From positions 25,983 through 89,982 of the forward strand of contig VMFS01000003.1 of assembly GCA_007376185.1 (NCBI GenBank): DNA of 64,000 nucleotides, read 5' to 3'. Below, piece after piece: positions 18,342-27,528 of this stretch (positions are counted from its first letter, which is position 1; each line of letters starts with the position of its first letter). The notes below the pieces were generated by a model. That model had not been told where the DNA came from. It saw only the letters and a list, made by a program, of their open reading frames with translations, and searched no databases. A program made the position numbers and the translations under genes. The stretch is from Parcubacteria group bacterium Gr01-1014_30 (GTDB lineage Bacteria; Patescibacteriota; Minisyncoccia; Minisyncoccales; 2-12-FULL-40-12).

Positions 18342-19564
18342 AGATCCTTTTCGTGGCCGGAACAAACTTTGAGTTGTATTACCTGAGTTCAGTTGTTTAT
18401 CTTCTGCGATCGTATGACAAGTCGCTTGAGTTTAAGCTGTTTTTGCGCCGCAATTTCGCCAACAATATTACGCCTGAAGTCAGAAGTTTGTATTCAGAAA
18501 TAGAGCTTTTTCAAATTCCTGCTTTAACTCCGCCTCTAACTTGGAATCCCGCAAAGATGCTTTACAATATTTTTGAAAACTTTTACGACTATTTGGTTTA
18601 CAGAAATCAAATGAAAGAAAATCTTTCCAAAGTTGAAATTGCTTGCATATGCGGCATAAAAGAGTTTTTCGCCAACGTGTTGGCAAAACACGCCCCAAAG
18701 AACTTGCGCATAGTTGCTTTAAGGCTCGCCAACCAGCGGCTTGAGGAGACAAAGGAGTTTCGCAAGCGTCCTTTTCTTTCATTTTTATTAAATATTAAAA
18801 ACAGAATTTTTGGATATTCGCCAGTTGAATATAAATGGAGCTTTAAAGGAGGATTAGATCCCTTAACTAAAAACTTCGTCAGCTACCCTTACCATCGCAC
18901 AATATCCATTACCGATCATAACATTGGCAGAGAAGATTCTTTCTTCAGACTGCCGCCGCCATTTGTCGCATTAAAAAAACTATACAAAGGGGGTAGTAGA
19001 AGTTCGGCCGGACTTCGTCCGACTGATTCGCATTCGGCGAATGCCGAACTTTCACTACCCCCCAAACTCCAAGATCAAACTCCTGCCATTTTGCTGGCTG
19101 GCGATAAAACCCCGTTTTATGAAGGATGGGCCGAAAAGGACGAAAAAACATACGAGAGCGTTCTTGATTTTTTGAGAGAAAATTTTCCCAAGCACAAACT
19201 TTACTTCAAACCTAAGATAGGCAGGACAGATCCTTCCAAATACAATTTAGCCGGTTTTGAGCTTTTGTCACCTGACATTTCTTTGGAAGAGATTTGCTTG
19301 AGATATAACATTCAAAAAGTAATTTCCATAAGGTCAACGAGTTCAAAAGTAGGATCTTATTTTGGTATTCCAAGTTATATGCTTTACCCTTTGTTTCCCA
19401 TTCCCGAGCGGTTCAAAGAAGGCATTGAAAATGAGCACTACGATATGCGGTCGGTCGTTAGAGTTTCAAAACTTGAAGATATACTCTTTAAATCCGATAC
19501 ATTCATACAACAATATAACCTTGAAAAATTAGCAGAGCTCTATTGGCAAGCAATAGTTGAGTAA
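18338..19564 (+). CDS. Hypothetical glycan-cluster protein carrying an in-frame palindromic insert
   Basis: Long ORF with ATGA coupling to both neighbours. No recognisable motif by eye. Confidence 0.4.
   Translation: MKILFVAGTNFELYYLSSVVYLLRSYDKSLEFKLFLRRNFANNITPEVRSLYSEIELFQIPALTPPLTWNPAKMLYNIFENFYDYLVYRNQMKENLSKVEIACICGIKEFFANVLAKHAPKNLRIVALRLANQRLEETKEFRKRPFLSFLLNIKNRIFGYSPVEYKWSFKGGLDPLTKNFVSYPYHRTISITDHNIGREDSFFRLPPPFVALKKLYKGGSRSSAGLRPTDSHSANAELSLPPKLQDQTPAILLAGDKTPFYEGWAEKDEKTYESVLDFLRENFPKHKLYFKPKIGRTDPSKYNLAGFELLSPDISLEEICLRYNIQKVISIRSTSSKVGSYFGIPSYMLYPLFPIPERFKEGIENEHYDMRSVVRVSKLEDILFKSDTFIQQYNLEKLAELYWQAIVE
18989..19063 (+). repeat. In-frame GC-rich palindromic module (75 nt, 25 codons)
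   Basis: Outer arms gggggtagtagaagttcggc / gccgaactttcactacccccc (18/20). Inner hairpins cgga-cttcg-tccg and attcgc...gcgaat. Encodes GGSRSSAGLRPTDSHSANAELSLPP. Confidence 0.75.
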
Positions 19565-19570
19565 ATAAAT

Positions 19571-20635
19571 ATGAAAATACTTTATGTTGCGATTAAATAT
19601 GATTACGGGAAGCCAGAAAAAGGTTACTCTTCCCATCATTATAATTTTTACAGCGCTTTGGCAAAAATGGGAGGCGGCGGAAACGATGTCATTTACTTTC
19701 CTTACGACGAAGTGATGCTGAAATTCGGAAGAGAAGAAATGAATAAGAATTTGCTGGATACGGTTTTTCAACAAAAGCCTGATTTAGTTTTCTGTTTAAT
19801 AGGTGATGATGCCATTAGAAAAGAAACAATGGGGGAAATCACCAAAGCTGGCATTACGACCATAAACTGGTGCGCCGACGACCACTGGAAGTTTTACAAC
19901 TACACCAAATACTGGCTGCCTTATTACACCTGGCAGGTGACAACAGACCCCGATATGCTGCCAGAATACGAAAAAGTCGGCTACAAAAACGTTATTTTGA
20001 GCCAGTGGGCTTGCGACCATTTTACTTACAAGCCGCAAAATTTGCCCAAAATTTATGACGTTACTTTTGTGGGAGCGGCTCACGGTACAAGAAAAAAAAT
20101 GGTGGAAAAACTGAAAAAGGCAGGCATTGAAGTTTTATGCTGGGGAGCCGGTTGGCCAAAAGGCAGGGTTTCGCAAGAAGATATGCTAAAGATTTGGGCA
20201 CAAAGCAAAATCAATCTTAACTTTGCCAAGAGTTCAGGAGTTTTGTGGAAAGAGCTTGCTTCAATATTTTTGCGCAGAAGATACGACGATAAAATTGTGC
20301 CTACTAATCCTAAATACTGGTCAGCTAACGCAAAAACCGCTTTTGCCTCCCTTACCAAAAACCAGATTAAAGGGAGAAACTTTGAGGTACCCGGCTGCAA
20401 AACTTTCTTTTTGACAGAATATGTCAGGCATTTAGAAGATTATTATGAGATTGGCAGAGAAATAGAATATTTTAGAAATATTCCAGAACTTATTGAAAAA
20501 ATAAAGTACTATTTGGTTAATGAAAAAGAAAGAGAATTTATCGCTCAGGCAGGTTATGAGAGGACAATAAAAGAGCATACTTTTGAAAAAAGATTTAATG
20601 AAATATTTAAAATTATGGGATTATCAAAACAATGA
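19571..20635 (+). CDS. CgeB-like glycosyltransferase
   Basis: C-terminal FEVPGCKTFFLTEY...IEYFRNIPELIEKIKYYLVNEKEREFIAQAGYERTIKEHTFEKRFNEIF is paralogous in style to 16486-17670. Confidence 0.55.
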   Translation: MKILYVAIKYDYGKPEKGYSSHHYNFYSALAKMGGGGNDVIYFPYDEVMLKFGREEMNKNLLDTVFQQKPDLVFCLIGDDAIRKETMGEITKAGITTINWCADDHWKFYNYTKYWLPYYTWQVTTDPDMLPEYEKVGYKNVILSQWACDHFTYKPQNLPKIYDVTFVGAAHGTRKKMVEKLKKAGIEVLCWGAGWPKGRVSQEDMLKIWAQSKINLNFAKSSGVLWKELASIFLRRRYDDKIVPTNPKYWSANAKTAFASLTKNQIKGRNFEVPGCKTFFLTEYVRHLEDYYEIGREIEYFRNIPELIEKIKYYLVNEKEREFIAQAGYERTIKEHTFEKRFNEIFKIMGLSKQ

Positions 20636-21396
20636 GTAGAAAATACCCGAAATTTATATATTTCCTATATAACTTCATAAACCCGATAATTAATCCTCAT
20701 CGGTTAGTAAAATTTATACCGGAATATCTTAATTTTTTTAAGAACTTGATTAAATATTTTAGAATGGGAGGGGCAGAAAAATTTAGTTTTTTTGATTTAA
20801 CCCCTTCTCTTTATGAGAGAACGCCAAGTTCGGGATTTGACCGCCATTATTTTTACCAAGACATCTGGGCTGCAAGAAGGATAATTAAAAGTCAGGTCAA
20901 ACGTCATATTGACGTTGGCTCTAGAGTGGATTTTGTGGGTTTTTTATCTGCGGTTTGCAAAGTAACTTTTGTTGACATTCGTCCTTTAGAAGTAAATTTA
21001 AAAAATTTTGAATCAGTGAAAGGCAATATTATATCTTTGCCTTTCAAAGATAATTCTATTCCATCACTTTCTTGCCTGCATGTAGCCGAACACATTGGAC
21101 TTGGCAGGTATGGAGACAAACTAGACCCCAAAGGGACAGAGAGGGCTTGCCGAGAACTTACCAGGGTTTTGGCGAAGGGAGGCAATTTATATTTTTCTTT
21201 GCCAGTTGGCAAACCAAAATTGTGTTTCAACGCGCACAGGATTCACTCGCCTGAACAAATTCTTCAGTATTTTAGCGGCTTAAAATTGGTTGAACTTTCA
21301 GGAGTTAATGACAAAGGCATATTCAGAGAAAAGATTGCCGTTGACCGGCTGAAAAATGAAAATTATGCCTGCGGCCTATTTTGGTTTAAAAAATGA
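20632..21396 (+). CDS. DUF268-like SAM-dependent methyltransferase
   Basis: LSCLHVAEHIGLGRYGDKLDPKGTERACRELTRVLAKGGNLYFSLPVG matches the DUF268 methyltransferase pattern. Confidence 0.55.
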   Translation: MSRKYPKFIYFLYNFINPIINPHRLVKFIPEYLNFFKNLIKYFRMGGAEKFSFFDLTPSLYERTPSSGFDRHYFYQDIWAARRIIKSQVKRHIDVGSRVDFVGFLSAVCKVTFVDIRPLEVNLKNFESVKGNIISLPFKDNSIPSLSCLHVAEHIGLGRYGDKLDPKGTERACRELTRVLAKGGNLYFSLPVGKPKLCFNAHRIHSPEQILQYFSGLKLVELSGVNDKGIFREKIAVDRLKNENYACGLFWFKK

Positions 21397-22883
21397 AGCA
21401 TCAGCTCAATGTTTTCAAAACGGAGTTAAGGGAAAGAGGTCTATTTTATGCTTTGAAAAAGGCAGTGCTTTATTTATTGCGGCCAATTACCGATTTAATG
21501 AAGACAAGCACATTTTTGGTAAACTTGCGGTATGGAGTTTTGCCTAATCTGTTATCAAAAATCACGTTTCATCAAGATAATCTGCTACTAAAACTCCCGC
21601 AAACCGATTTAGTTCGCGCCGTGCGGAACTTTTGGTATGGAAGTATTCTCGACAGGTTTGTTCTTGAAGGAGAGGAAATTAAAAAAGAAGAAATTTTTAC
21701 TTACGGAGGACCTAACCCCGAATTTAGTTGCCCAATTTGCCAAAAGGCAGAGTGGGTGTCAAGAATCAGACAAGAAAATTTATTTTTAGATCATTCTTGT
21801 CCAAGTTCTGAAAAATGCAGGAAATTGTGCGAAAAGCAAGGCAATGATTTATGGACTCACTTTCACCAGAATTTTGATTTTTCTTTGGGTTGCTCCGCTG
21901 ACTTGCCGGCTCCCAAAGGCGTTTACGTCCTTTTTGGGAAACTGGATATGTTTCACGCTCTTCGTTTGGAACCAATGGAGAGAATTTTTCATCGCCAATT
22001 TGCTTTTGCTTGTCAGCTTGATATAGCAGAAGGGCCTTTTGGCATTGACTGGAAAAAATATGATTTTATGTTTATGTATCTTCCGGGAGCCGTGCCCAAA
22101 TTTAAACGTCCACCAATTCCAGTAATTCTTTTCGCTCACGATTTTTGGCGAGAACCCAAAGCCAGTCAGTGGGTATTGGACTGGTTGGAGCCAGAGGTCT
22201 TTTTAACTACTTACCCAACTCAATTTAAAGAAAATTATCGTTTTCCAAAAAATACCAAAGTTGTATTTCACCCCATGTTTACGTCAAATTTCTTTACCAG
22301 ACCCAATCTTTCTCAAAAATCAATTGATTTGCTTTCAGTGGGGAACACCAAGGGGCCTCTTTATCAAGGAAGGAGAAACTTGAATATGCAATTGCAAAAA
22401 TTTAAAGAACAATACCCCTCATATAAACTTGAATTTTCGCACATTGTGGGCACTCTTAAGCCGAATGAGCAAGAGGGACTTGAATACACCGATTCTCAAG
22501 GCAACCAAATAAGATATTTAAATAAATGGTCAGAATACTTGGGAACTGCAAAATATGTTATTTTCGGCAAAATGAAATATCCTATTTTGGTCGGTAAATA
22601 TTACGAAACCTTGGGGTCTGGCGCCATACCCATTTTCCCTGAAGTGCCCGACTTGAAACTTTTGGGAGTAAAACCCTTTGAACACTATATTCCCTTAGCT
22701 GAAATTGAAGGAAATTCAGAAAGATTAAAATATTTTTTAGATAATTACGAAAAATTCAAGTATATTGGCAAAAATGCGGTAAAATGGTATAAAGATAATT
22801 CAGATAAGATGCTTTTTGCCGGTTTTGAGGGCTCAATTAGAGAAGTTACCAATTATAAATTTCCAAAAAGATTAGTTCGCTGA
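21393..22883 (+). CDS. Hypothetical protein with C-terminal GT-B-like (CgeB-type) region; its stop codon is supplied by a repeat module
   Basis: C-terminal KYYETLGSGAIPIFPEVPDL...FEHYIPL. The TGA at 22881-22883 lies inside gttcgctgaaacttcgtttcctctc. Confidence 0.4.
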   Translation: MKHQLNVFKTELRERGLFYALKKAVLYLLRPITDLMKTSTFLVNLRYGVLPNLLSKITFHQDNLLLKLPQTDLVRAVRNFWYGSILDRFVLEGEEIKKEEIFTYGGPNPEFSCPICQKAEWVSRIRQENLFLDHSCPSSEKCRKLCEKQGNDLWTHFHQNFDFSLGCSADLPAPKGVYVLFGKLDMFHALRLEPMERIFHRQFAFACQLDIAEGPFGIDWKKYDFMFMYLPGAVPKFKRPPIPVILFAHDFWREPKASQWVLDWLEPEVFLTTYPTQFKENYRFPKNTKVVFHPMFTSNFFTRPNLSQKSIDLLSVGNTKGPLYQGRRNLNMQLQKFKEQYPSYKLEFSHIVGTLKPNEQEGLEYTDSQGNQIRYLNKWSEYLGTAKYVIFGKMKYPILVGKYYETLGSGAIPIFPEVPDLKLLGVKPFEHYIPLAEIEGNSERLKYFLDNYEKFKYIGKNAVKWYKDNSDKMLFAGFEGSIREVTNYKFPKRLVR

Positions 22884-22921
22884 AACTTCGTTTCCTCTCA
22901 CGTTTAGTTTCGCTTAGCAAA
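22875..22921 (+). repeat. Copy of the GTTCGCTGAAACTTCGTYTCCT module at a gene end
   Basis: gttcgctgaaacttcgtttcctctc is nearly identical to 12877-12901, which is read through in frame there. Confidence 0.7.
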
Positions 22922-22930
22922 ACTCAACTT

Positions 22931-23860
22931 ATGAATACAAATAAAAAAATCCTTGTTACTGGGGTTTTGGGAACCATTGGCATGCCGCTTTGGGAAGAGC
23001 TTAGAAAAAGAGGATACCAGGTTTTTGGCTGTGACCTCCGTCATTATCATGACCCCGAGTATTTGAGATGCGATGTAAGTGAGTATCGGCAGCTGGACAG
23101 AATTTTCAGCGAGCATAAATTTGATTATGTTTACCATATGGCTGCTGAATTCGGCAGAAAAGGCGGTGAAGACTTTTATGAGTCCTTGTGGAAGACAAAT
23201 GCCGTTGGCACGAAAAACATACTAAGGGCGCAAGAGAAATACAAATTCAGGTTGATTTATCCGAGCAGTTCAGAGGTTTACGGCACCGCCTATTCAGGAG
23301 TTATGACCGAAGACGTGCCGCAAAAGGTTGCTGTTCGCTTGGGCAACGATTACGGCATGTCAAAGTGGGTCAATGAAATGCAGATTATGAATTCCATGGA
23401 AAAGTTTGGCACGGAAACAGTAAGAGTTCGCTTTTCCAATGTTTACGGACCCGGAGAATATTACAGCGATTACCGCAGCGTTATCTGTATTTTTATCTAC
23501 AGAACTCTGCACAATTTGCCTTATACCGTTTATAGTAACGACAAAAGGGCATTTCTTTACATAGATGACGCGGTGCGCACGTTCGCCAATATATGTGAAA
23601 GATTCAAATCAGGAGAAGTTTACAACATCAGCAACAGGGATTTGGTAGATATGAAGCAGGTTTCAGACATAATTATCAAAATACTTGGCAAAGATGACCG
23701 GCTTATTGAGTACAAAGAGATAGACGCTACGGCCACTTTGGTTAAAGACCTTGATAACTCAAAGGCCTTGCGCGATTTGGACCACAAAAAAACGATTTCT
23801 TTGGAAGAAGGATTGGACCAAACCATAGAATGGCAGAAAAAAGTTTATGGAATTAGTTGA
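22931..23860 (+). CDS. SDR sugar epimerase/dehydratase
   Basis: ILVTGVLGTIGMPL. SSSEVYG. YGMSKWVNE (YxxxK). Confidence 0.7.
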   Translation: MNTNKKILVTGVLGTIGMPLWEELRKRGYQVFGCDLRHYHDPEYLRCDVSEYRQLDRIFSEHKFDYVYHMAAEFGRKGGEDFYESLWKTNAVGTKNILRAQEKYKFRLIYPSSSEVYGTAYSGVMTEDVPQKVAVRLGNDYGMSKWVNEMQIMNSMEKFGTETVRVRFSNVYGPGEYYSDYRSVICIFIYRTLHNLPYTVYSNDKRAFLYIDDAVRTFANICERFKSGEVYNISNRDLVDMKQVSDIIIKILGKDDRLIEYKEIDATATLVKDLDNSKALRDLDHKKTISLEEGLDQTIEWQKKVYGIS

Positions 23861-25106
23861 ACTTTACAGCAATTTAGAAAAATACTTTAGGGAAAGTGAC
23901 CACAAAGAAAGGCATCCCGCAAAGTTCCGTGTTCCCATAGGCGGCAGTTTTTATGATGAAAAGGAAGTAAAGGCGGTTTTGGAATGCTATCTGAATGGAT
24001 GGCTATCAACGCAAATTAAAGTGGTTGAGTTTGAAAAAATCTTTTCCGATTATATTGGCGCTCGCCATGCCGTAGCAGTCAATTCAGGAACGTCGGCTAA
24101 TATTTTGGCGCTAAATGCGTTGATGGAAGCAGGGGACTTAAAAAAAGGAGATGAAGTCATTGTTCCTGCCACCACTTTTGTCACCGTTGTCAGCCCTGTG
24201 GTTCAACTTGGTATGGTTCCTGTATATGTGGACGTTGAAAAAAATAGCTTGAACATTGACCCAAAAGAAGTTGAAAGAGCGATTAATCGTGAAAAGACCA
24301 AAGCCATAATGGTGGTTCATACTTTGGGCAGGCCGGCCCAAATGGATAAAATTATGGAGATTGCCAAAAAATACAATCTTAAAGTTATTGAGGATTGTTG
24401 CGAAGCTCACGGCGCTGCTTTCAAAGATAAAAAGGTCGGCACATTTGGAGACTTGGCAACTTTCAGTTTTTATGTCGCCCACAACATAACTACAGGCGAG
24501 GGGGGCACTTTGCTTACAAATTCAGACAAATACCATCAAATTGCCGCAGAGTTAAGAGAGTTTGGTCGCTTTAAGTCCTACCAAGGAGAACGGTTCGGTT
24601 ATTCTGACGAAAAGCTCAAAGATTACGATGAAAGATATGTCTTTCACAGAATAGGTTATAACTTCCGCATGGCTGACGCGCCTGCTGCCTTTGGGATTGA
24701 ACAGGTAAAAAAATTGGATATGCTTAACGAAAAAAGAATCCAGAATGCCAAATTTTACACAGACAATTTTGACGACGAACTTAAAAAAGTTTTCCAATTT
24801 CCATCTCTTGATGACTCTGATTTTTTTCAGGTATTTTACGCTTTCCCTATTGTTATTAAGTCAGATGCGCAAATATCAAGGACAAAGGCAGTTAGATATC
24901 TTGAATCAAAAGGTATAGAAACCAGAGCTTTATTTTGCAGCAGCTTGCCAGACCAGCCATGTTTTAAAAATGCTCCTGGCAGAACAGCAGGTTTATTGCC
25001 AGTAAGTCGTTTCTTAAGAGACAACGCTTTTTTTATTGGCTGTCACCCAGGCATAAATGAAAATGATTTGTCTTATGTTATTGAAACGTTAAAAAAGAGC
25101 ATTTAG
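23847..25106 (+). CDS. RfbH/DdhC/ColD-like PLP/PMP-dependent NDP-4-keto-6-deoxyhexose 3-dehydratase
   Basis: DegT-family fold (AVNSGTSANILAL, IEDCCEAHGA). SFYVAHNITTGEGG has His where aminotransferases carry the Schiff-base Lys, as in FYPAHHITxGEGG of RfbH. Confidence 0.7.
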   Translation: MELVELYSNLEKYFRESDHKERHPAKFRVPIGGSFYDEKEVKAVLECYLNGWLSTQIKVVEFEKIFSDYIGARHAVAVNSGTSANILALNALMEAGDLKKGDEVIVPATTFVTVVSPVVQLGMVPVYVDVEKNSLNIDPKEVERAINREKTKAIMVVHTLGRPAQMDKIMEIAKKYNLKVIEDCCEAHGAAFKDKKVGTFGDLATFSFYVAHNITTGEGGTLLTNSDKYHQIAAELREFGRFKSYQGERFGYSDEKLKDYDERYVFHRIGYNFRMADAPAAFGIEQVKKLDMLNEKRIQNAKFYTDNFDDELKKVFQFPSLDDSDFFQVFYAFPIVIKSDAQISRTKAVRYLESKGIETRALFCSSLPDQPCFKNAPGRTAGLLPVSRFLRDNAFFIGCHPGINENDLSYVIETLKKSI

Positions 25107-25153
25107 CTTCGAAATAGTCAGAAGAGATAAATCTCTTCCTTATTTTCGCTAAC
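25106..25153 (-). repeat. Copy of the AGCGAAGATAAGGAAGAGATTTATCTCTTC hairpin core (reverse orientation)
   Basis: gcttcgaaatagtcagaagagataaatctcttccttattttcgctaac is the reverse complement of the cores at 12635-12681 and 44851-44900. Confidence 0.7.
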
Positions 25154-25162
25154 ACTTGATAA

Positions 25163-26284
25163 ATGAAATTCAAAAAAAAGAAAATTGCAATTGTCGCAGG
25201 CGCGAGACCAAACTTTGTGAAAATAGCGCAGCTAGTGTCTATTTTGCGAAAGCATAGGTTTTTTGACTATAAGCTTTTCCATACCGGCCAGCACTTTGAT
25301 TTTGAGATGTCGCAGGTTTTTTTTCAGGACTTAAAGATTCCAAAGCCGCATTTTAATCTTAATATTCGCTCAGGCAAGCATCCTTTTACCACGCAGATTG
25401 CCCTCATAAAGAAAAGACTCCAGGAGCATTTTAACAAAGAGCAGCCAGACCTTTGTTTAGTTTTTGGTGATGCAAACTCAGCAATCGGCGGAGCTCTGGC
25501 GGCTCATACTCTCGATATACCTGTTGGGCACATTGAAGCAGGTTTAAGGAGTTTTGACCGCACCATGTCAGAAGAATCAAATCGTTTAGTTACCGACCTT
25601 TTATCAAGATTTCTTTTTACGCATTCTGAAAGCGCCAACAAGAATCTTTCAAAAGAAGGACACTCAACTTCAAAAATGTTTTTTGTCGGCAATACTATGA
25701 TTGACGCTTTGGTGCGCCATAAAAAGGAAATTGCTAAGAGAAAGGTTGCTCAAAAGTTGGGATTTAAGCCAAAAGAATATGGAGTTCTTACCTTGCACCG
25801 CTATAACAACACAGATATCAAACCTGTATTAGATGATATTTTACAAGCAATCTTGATGATGCAAACAGAATTGCCTCTGGTATTCCCAATTCACCCTTCA
25901 ACCAAAGAAAGAATTTCTTTTTTCTCGCCTCACTTTTTTAAACAGTTAAAGTTTGCCAGAAATCTTCATATTTCAGAGCCCGTTGGGTATCTTGACTCCA
26001 TCTCGCTCTTAAAAGATGCAAAAATTGTCTTAACCGACTCTGGCGGCGTTCAAGAAGAAACAACTTTTCTTGGAGTTCCTTGTGTAACCCTGAGGCAAAA
26101 CACAGAGAGACCCATTACCGTGACAGCTGGCACCAACGTTATTGGAGGAATTACCAAAGACCAGATTCTTTCTGAATTCGGCGAGATGATGCAAAAGCCA
26201 AAAAAGAGGAAAAAAATTCCTCCTTTATGGGACGGTAAAGCTTCTCTAAGAATTGTAAGAGTTTTAGAGAAGAAGTTGTTATGA
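25163..26284 (+). CDS. wecB: UDP-N-acetylglucosamine 2-epimerase (non-hydrolysing)
   Basis: IVAGARPNFVKIA, GDANSAIGGALAA, HIEAGLRSFDRTMSEESNR, DSGGVQEE. Confidence 0.8.
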   Translation: MKFKKKKIAIVAGARPNFVKIAQLVSILRKHRFFDYKLFHTGQHFDFEMSQVFFQDLKIPKPHFNLNIRSGKHPFTTQIALIKKRLQEHFNKEQPDLCLVFGDANSAIGGALAAHTLDIPVGHIEAGLRSFDRTMSEESNRLVTDLLSRFLFTHSESANKNLSKEGHSTSKMFFVGNTMIDALVRHKKEIAKRKVAQKLGFKPKEYGVLTLHRYNNTDIKPVLDDILQAILMMQTELPLVFPIHPSTKERISFFSPHFFKQLKFARNLHISEPVGYLDSISLLKDAKIVLTDSGGVQEETTFLGVPCVTLRQNTERPITVTAGTNVIGGITKDQILSEFGEMMQKPKKRKKIPPLWDGKASLRIVRVLEKKLL

Positions 26285-27528
26285 AGAGGGTCTTAATCAT
26301 TTCTTATCATTTCCCTCCGGTGAACAATGTAAACGCGCGAAGATTTGGAGAGATGGCGCACCTTATGAGAGATTTTGGCTGGGAACCTTTTGTGGTTACT
26401 ACAAACAGCAAGGGGACTTTACCGCTGAAAATTTCAGAAAAGAATGTTATTAGAGTTGGCAAGAACTATTATAGCGAAGATGAATTAGTCGCAAAAGAAG
26501 GTTACAAAGGTGTTCCTTTATTTTTAAAGCTCCCATATTTTTTATACAGGGTTTTAAGAATGGAAATTTGGAGCTTAGATAGATTTATTTTTAGCTGGGG
26601 TAAAGAAGTTCGCAAGAAAAATGAGTTTATAAAGTTGCAAAGCCCAGATTTAATAATCGGAACTGGTTATCCTCCTGTTGGCATCTGGCTGGCAAAATTT
26701 TTTTCCAAAGAACTGAAAAAACCTTGGATCGCAGATCTTCATGATCCGCTTTCTCTTTGGAACAACTCCAAATTCTTACTTTGGCAACTTATTGATAGAA
26801 TAATTGACAAGAATCTTTTACAAAGCGCATCAGCGATAACAACACTTGGCAGAAAGTTAGCCAATCAAATGGGAAAACTTTACAAAAGAGATGTGAAGGT
26901 TATATATAACGGCTTCGAGGAAATAGATCAGGAAGATGAAGCGATAGAGGAAAATCCAAGGAAAGAAAAAATTTTATACTATGCCGGCCGTTTTCATGAA
27001 CACCGCATGAAAGCTGCTCGTTTGTTTATTGGATGGTTGTCGCAAAATAAGGAAGAGAATGTAAAGTTTACGTTAAGGTCGCTTGGGCCAAAAGAAGCAA
27101 ATGAGGAATTGCTTGAGTATGCTAAAGAAAAAAAGGTTTTAGACAAGATTGAGCTTTTACCTCCGGCTGACTTGAAAACCGTTTCACAAGAGGAAAGAAA
27201 AGCCGACGTCCTTTTGCTCTTTGAAGATTTAAAAAAAACTAGAAGGAATTTTGAAAGTACGCTACCTGCTAAACTTATGGAATATCTTGCCAAAGAAGCG
27301 CAAATTGTGGCCATTGCCAGGGGAGATTCTGAAATAGGCGAGATTTTAGCTGAGACAAAAAGGGGGTATCTTGTTTCAGATTTTTCACAACTTGGAGCGG
27401 TATTAAAAAAAATCTTTTCTGGAAACTTTCACCCTTTTCAAAAAAATCTTGTTGAAAAATATTCAAGGCGGAAGCAGTGCGAAATTTTATGTAAAATCTT
27501 TGATGATGTTTATGCAAGACACCATTGA
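26281..27528 (+). CDS. GT-B glycosyltransferase (GT4-like)
   Basis: N-terminal VLIISYHFPPVNNVNARRFGEMAHLM is typical of Glyco_trans_4-type N domains. ~415 aa. Confidence 0.55.
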   Translation: MKRVLIISYHFPPVNNVNARRFGEMAHLMRDFGWEPFVVTTNSKGTLPLKISEKNVIRVGKNYYSEDELVAKEGYKGVPLFLKLPYFLYRVLRMEIWSLDRFIFSWGKEVRKKNEFIKLQSPDLIIGTGYPPVGIWLAKFFSKELKKPWIADLHDPLSLWNNSKFLLWQLIDRIIDKNLLQSASAITTLGRKLANQMGKLYKRDVKVIYNGFEEIDQEDEAIEENPRKEKILYYAGRFHEHRMKAARLFIGWLSQNKEENVKFTLRSLGPKEANEELLEYAKEKKVLDKIELLPPADLKTVSQEERKADVLLLFEDLKKTRRNFESTLPAKLMEYLAKEAQIVAIARGDSEIGEILAETKRGYLVSDFSQLGAVLKKIFSGNFHPFQKNLVEKYSRRKQCEILCKIFDDVYARHH

